Assembly (NCBI GenBank): GCA_040437565.1
Contig: JBDOQK010000024.1
Location: forward strand, 186,001-250,000
Source of the DNA: Albugo candida
Taxonomy: Eukaryota
Length of the DNA: 64,000 nucleotides
Reading direction: 5' to 3'
Position 1 is the first letter of the stretch; each line of letters starts with the position of its first letter. The translations under genes were made by a program, and so were the position numbers. The notes below the pieces were generated by a model. That model was given only the letters and a program-made list of their open reading frames with translations, was not told the origin of the DNA and did no database searches. Positions 60,846-64,000 of the stretch are shown in pieces.

Positions 60846-63539
60846 GAAGCAAGGTGGAAGCATCTGCATCATCTGATGTCATTTTGGGGACGTAAGTGCA
60901 TTTAAAAAGCGTTACGAATAGATCGGTTAACGTATAAATGATCACTTTTTTTTGCAAGATCAATTTGAATGTTATTTTGTTTCACGCATGAACACTTATC
61001 TCATGACATAGGTCCAGCATATGAGGTGTTTGGCAACTTAACGGCAAATGCCTGCTTTCTTTTCGACATCGATATCGATGTGTAAAAAATGCAACAAATG
61101 TAAGTCGGAGAGAAGCACACGTTCACCTCCCGTTCAACCTTGTAATCTCCGCGCTGAAGTGACACTCGACTGGTGAAATATAGTACTATTGTTACATGAT
61201 TGACTGTAGAAGGTACTTTCACGACCACTGACCCAAGATCGAACCAAACGCGTGACACTCGAATACGAGACAAGCTCAGTAGTCTGGATCCTCAAGATAT
61301 CGCCATCTACTTCGAGCCGAATGATCATCAATAATGCGATCGTCTCGATCATCGTGTACGTGTTGTACATGACGCAGCTTTCTGCTTGTTCGTGACTGGC
61401 GTTACACCAGCAGCCAAATTGGACACATGGAAAAGTAGATCATGGTCGTGCTAAGCTCCATTCAGTCAAGTTTTCAGTAGGTAGATAGAATCGCATACAC
61501 AATTCTAATCCCCGACTGTACAACACTTTGGTCCATGTTGGAAAAAGATTGACAAGGATTGGGAATATTGTGTTGACTTGTAAAAGGATCGATAGTAGTG
61601 TTGCAATCCGAAAGAGCGAAATGGTGTTGTATGGGTTGCAGCAGACCCATTCGAGTAGCTATTTCAGTCTCAATGTTCTCGCTTGAAGGCCTTACATCTA
61701 CACTGAAAGTAACAGACGGAATGTCGAGAAAGCTATTATGATAGGGTTGCACATCACGTAGACCTTTGAACTGAACATCGACCTGGCACTCGCTCTGTTG
61801 TTACGGAATTGTACAAAGGAGAAGATATGGCTTTGTGTTTGTTCGTATGATTGCTGGTATAAATTCTTTCGATTTATGGCTCTGTTTTATAGTATTGAAA
61901 AAGTTCCTGGACTTTCGTTCGTCCTTCTCAACCTTTTTTGCAGGAGACCTCAAAGATGGACACGGCTTGGTGAATGTCTACCAGGAATCTATTAGCTGGA
62001 GGGTCGTCTCCCCAAGAAGATATAGTTCGATCTCTTCCGAGAGTAAGCTGAGTTGACTCCAATATGGGCTCAGGTGTCGTTAAAACCATTCGAAAGCGGT
62101 GATTTAGCTCTATAATGTATTTTACAGCGTCGACTTGCATCAGTGCGATCATCGGGAATGCATGCTGGACGCCCAACGAGATGCATGGACACTGCTGAGG
62201 CCTTGTGTCATTTCAGAGCTTCCCCTCACACCATCTTTTCGCGCACCATACGCAGCTTTACTCCCACCCATACATCGTTGTCTTGCTATCTTCTTATCCA
62301 CCAGGCAGTTGACAGATTGCTGGACGGTAACTGTAGCCTTCCGTGGCTCATTCTGCACTATGCGGGCAATTATCCCTTCTGCACCCCATTTCTTCTCGAA
62401 TATCGATGGACTGTAGTCTCAAAAGTACGCGCTGAGGTTGACGCGCTCAAGCAAAGCCAGTCCCCGGTGGATGAATCAGTGACTTCCTCTCCGCACACTA
62501 CTTCGCCTGATCGAATGCCCTGCACCACGATCGATCAAGCGCTGCCATGACACTTACAAGCCGCGAACTCACGATATGTAGAGATCGTCTCGAAAAGGGA
62601 AGAAGGTGACTGAGGGTCATGCTAGGTGTTACATGTATCCTTCTTCCCCTGATTGAACTATGGTCGTATGAATTCAAAAATAATCGGTGCGGATCTCTTT
62701 TATAGCTTCAACTTGTGCTTATGCTAGCTTATCATCTTCGTATCTCGTACGTGAACATATACGCATCCAAAGTGTCCATACCGAATCAGTAAGATTGTTG
62801 ATGCCGAGGGACAAATTTCCGCAGGATACGTCTTTGACTTCTCAAATTAGCGGCGTTCCGGTTTCTGATAACCAGAGTCATGGGCTGACAATTACATTGA
62901 CCTAAGACTGGGATTGAGTATTTTAGCTTGTTCGCGTGGCTCGCTAAAAAAATTTTCCTACACAAAGCGTTTATGTAATCCTTCAGAGAAATCGTCCCAT
63001 CAGAGAATGCTTGAAGGAATCGGAAGCGGCTTGGCTGGGTCTAAGAAAGTTGTAACAGCCCCAAGAAAATATGTGTACGTGGCCGGATGATTCGTTGTCT
63101 CTACGGTGCTATATTTGCTGAAGCTGTCAAATCACGTATCGTTCATCCCAAGCAATTGCGAGGGGTTCAATGGCTCGATCAAAGAACGTGTGCGTGATCT
63201 TCCGCGCTGAAATAATGCGAAGAAATATGTCGGAACCACATAATTGCTCGAATTGATGGCATTGGGGTTTGTGTCGAAAAATCTTGAAAAATTGGAAACA
63301 CATAAACAAGTTCTTTTCTTAGTGGCATCCATGGTCGATGTACTGTCCTCACTCTCATAGAAACCAACTGAAAACGCTTCGAAGCCAACAAATCTTGATG
63401 ACTTCTCAGGAGCTTCGCGTCCATTCCCCCAAGACGATTGACACAATTAGCCAAACACCATTCGATGGTAGCAATGCGCTCATACAAGTCCATGCTTTTT
63501 CTCGATCGGTCTTGCGGCGTTGCGGTTCAGCTGCTTGTT

Positions 63540-63900
63540 TGGGGCCGAAATCCCATTGATCCGTGCATAGAAAAGAAGAACGTACGTGTCTTAGATATTT
63601 ACATCACCTCGAATCAATACATTGGATCCCGGGAAAAACATTGCAAGAGATACAGAATGGGAAAATTGACTCCAACTCGGCCGACATCAATCTCGTGTTG
63701 CAATTTCCGGGAAGATAATACAGAAGATGTGAAAATAGCACGATTGTTACCATATGAATTCTGCTTGTTGAGTTTAATCGCTTCTTCCAGCGATTCGACC
63801 AACATGCATACAAGCACAGTTCCAGCTATCTCTTTTGTGTTCGCGACATGGCGCATGCTAATATTGTCCAATAGCATAGCAACATGCCCCAGACTCCCGC
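63540..63900 (-). pseudogene. Methylmalonate-semialdehyde dehydrogenase (ALDH6-like) C-terminal fragment, degenerate
   Basis: EIAGTVLVCMLVESLEEAIKLNKQNSYGNNRAIFTSS..SRKLQHEIDVGRVGVNFPI, then frameshifted IRGDVN. Matches the ALDH6 pattern EIFGPVL..NPYGNGTAIFT..ARKFQ..IDVGQVGINVPIP..RGD.N. Confidence 0.8.
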
Positions 63901-64000
63901 TGAATCGCTCATTGATGTGCTGGTGATTTATTATGATTTGTGTGTATCGCGGGCAATGCATAGGATAAGTAGTATTTCCTACTATGACCAGAAAGCTGGT

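Larger units (their letters stand above)
54250..63230. repeat. Segmental duplication, copy B (paralog of ~3390-15130, lacking the LINE)
   Basis: Collinear similarity throughout; empty LINE site near 60980-61010. Confidence 0.9.

Overview
Eukaryotic, gene-poor and transposon-rich draft scaffold with eleven 100-N gaps. Six of these gaps are flanked by identical unmerged contig overlaps. It is most likely an oomycete: the mitochondrial cox2/nad fragments read with TGG=Trp and the Copia gag is of oomycete type. An Albugo-like white rust is only an inference from CxxCL effector-like relics. Mobile DNA: three decayed Copia elements (one full-length with LTRs, near-TSD and half-tRNA PBS), a chromodomain Gypsy with LTRs, an RTE-like LINE with a 13-bp TSD, two IS630-Tc1-mariner-type transposase pseudogenes with a very long D-to-E spacer, a Mutator-like remnant and a stack of TIR/MITE elements. 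Other features: a tRNA-derived SINE-like insert, a mosaic NUMT (nad1, nad5 twice, nad4, tRNA piece, cox2) and an ALDH6/MMSDH fragment. The most interesting host-gene content is a family of at least five signal-peptide-bearing, pepsin-fold-like proteins whose two catalytic DTG motifs appear lost. Only one copy (59955-60845) is intact. Four copies sit in head-to-head pairs with inverted, homologous upstream regions, inside a block duplicated about 51 kb apart (about 3.4-15.1 kb and 54.3-63.2 kb). All homology calls are by-eye motif recognition; no searches were run.
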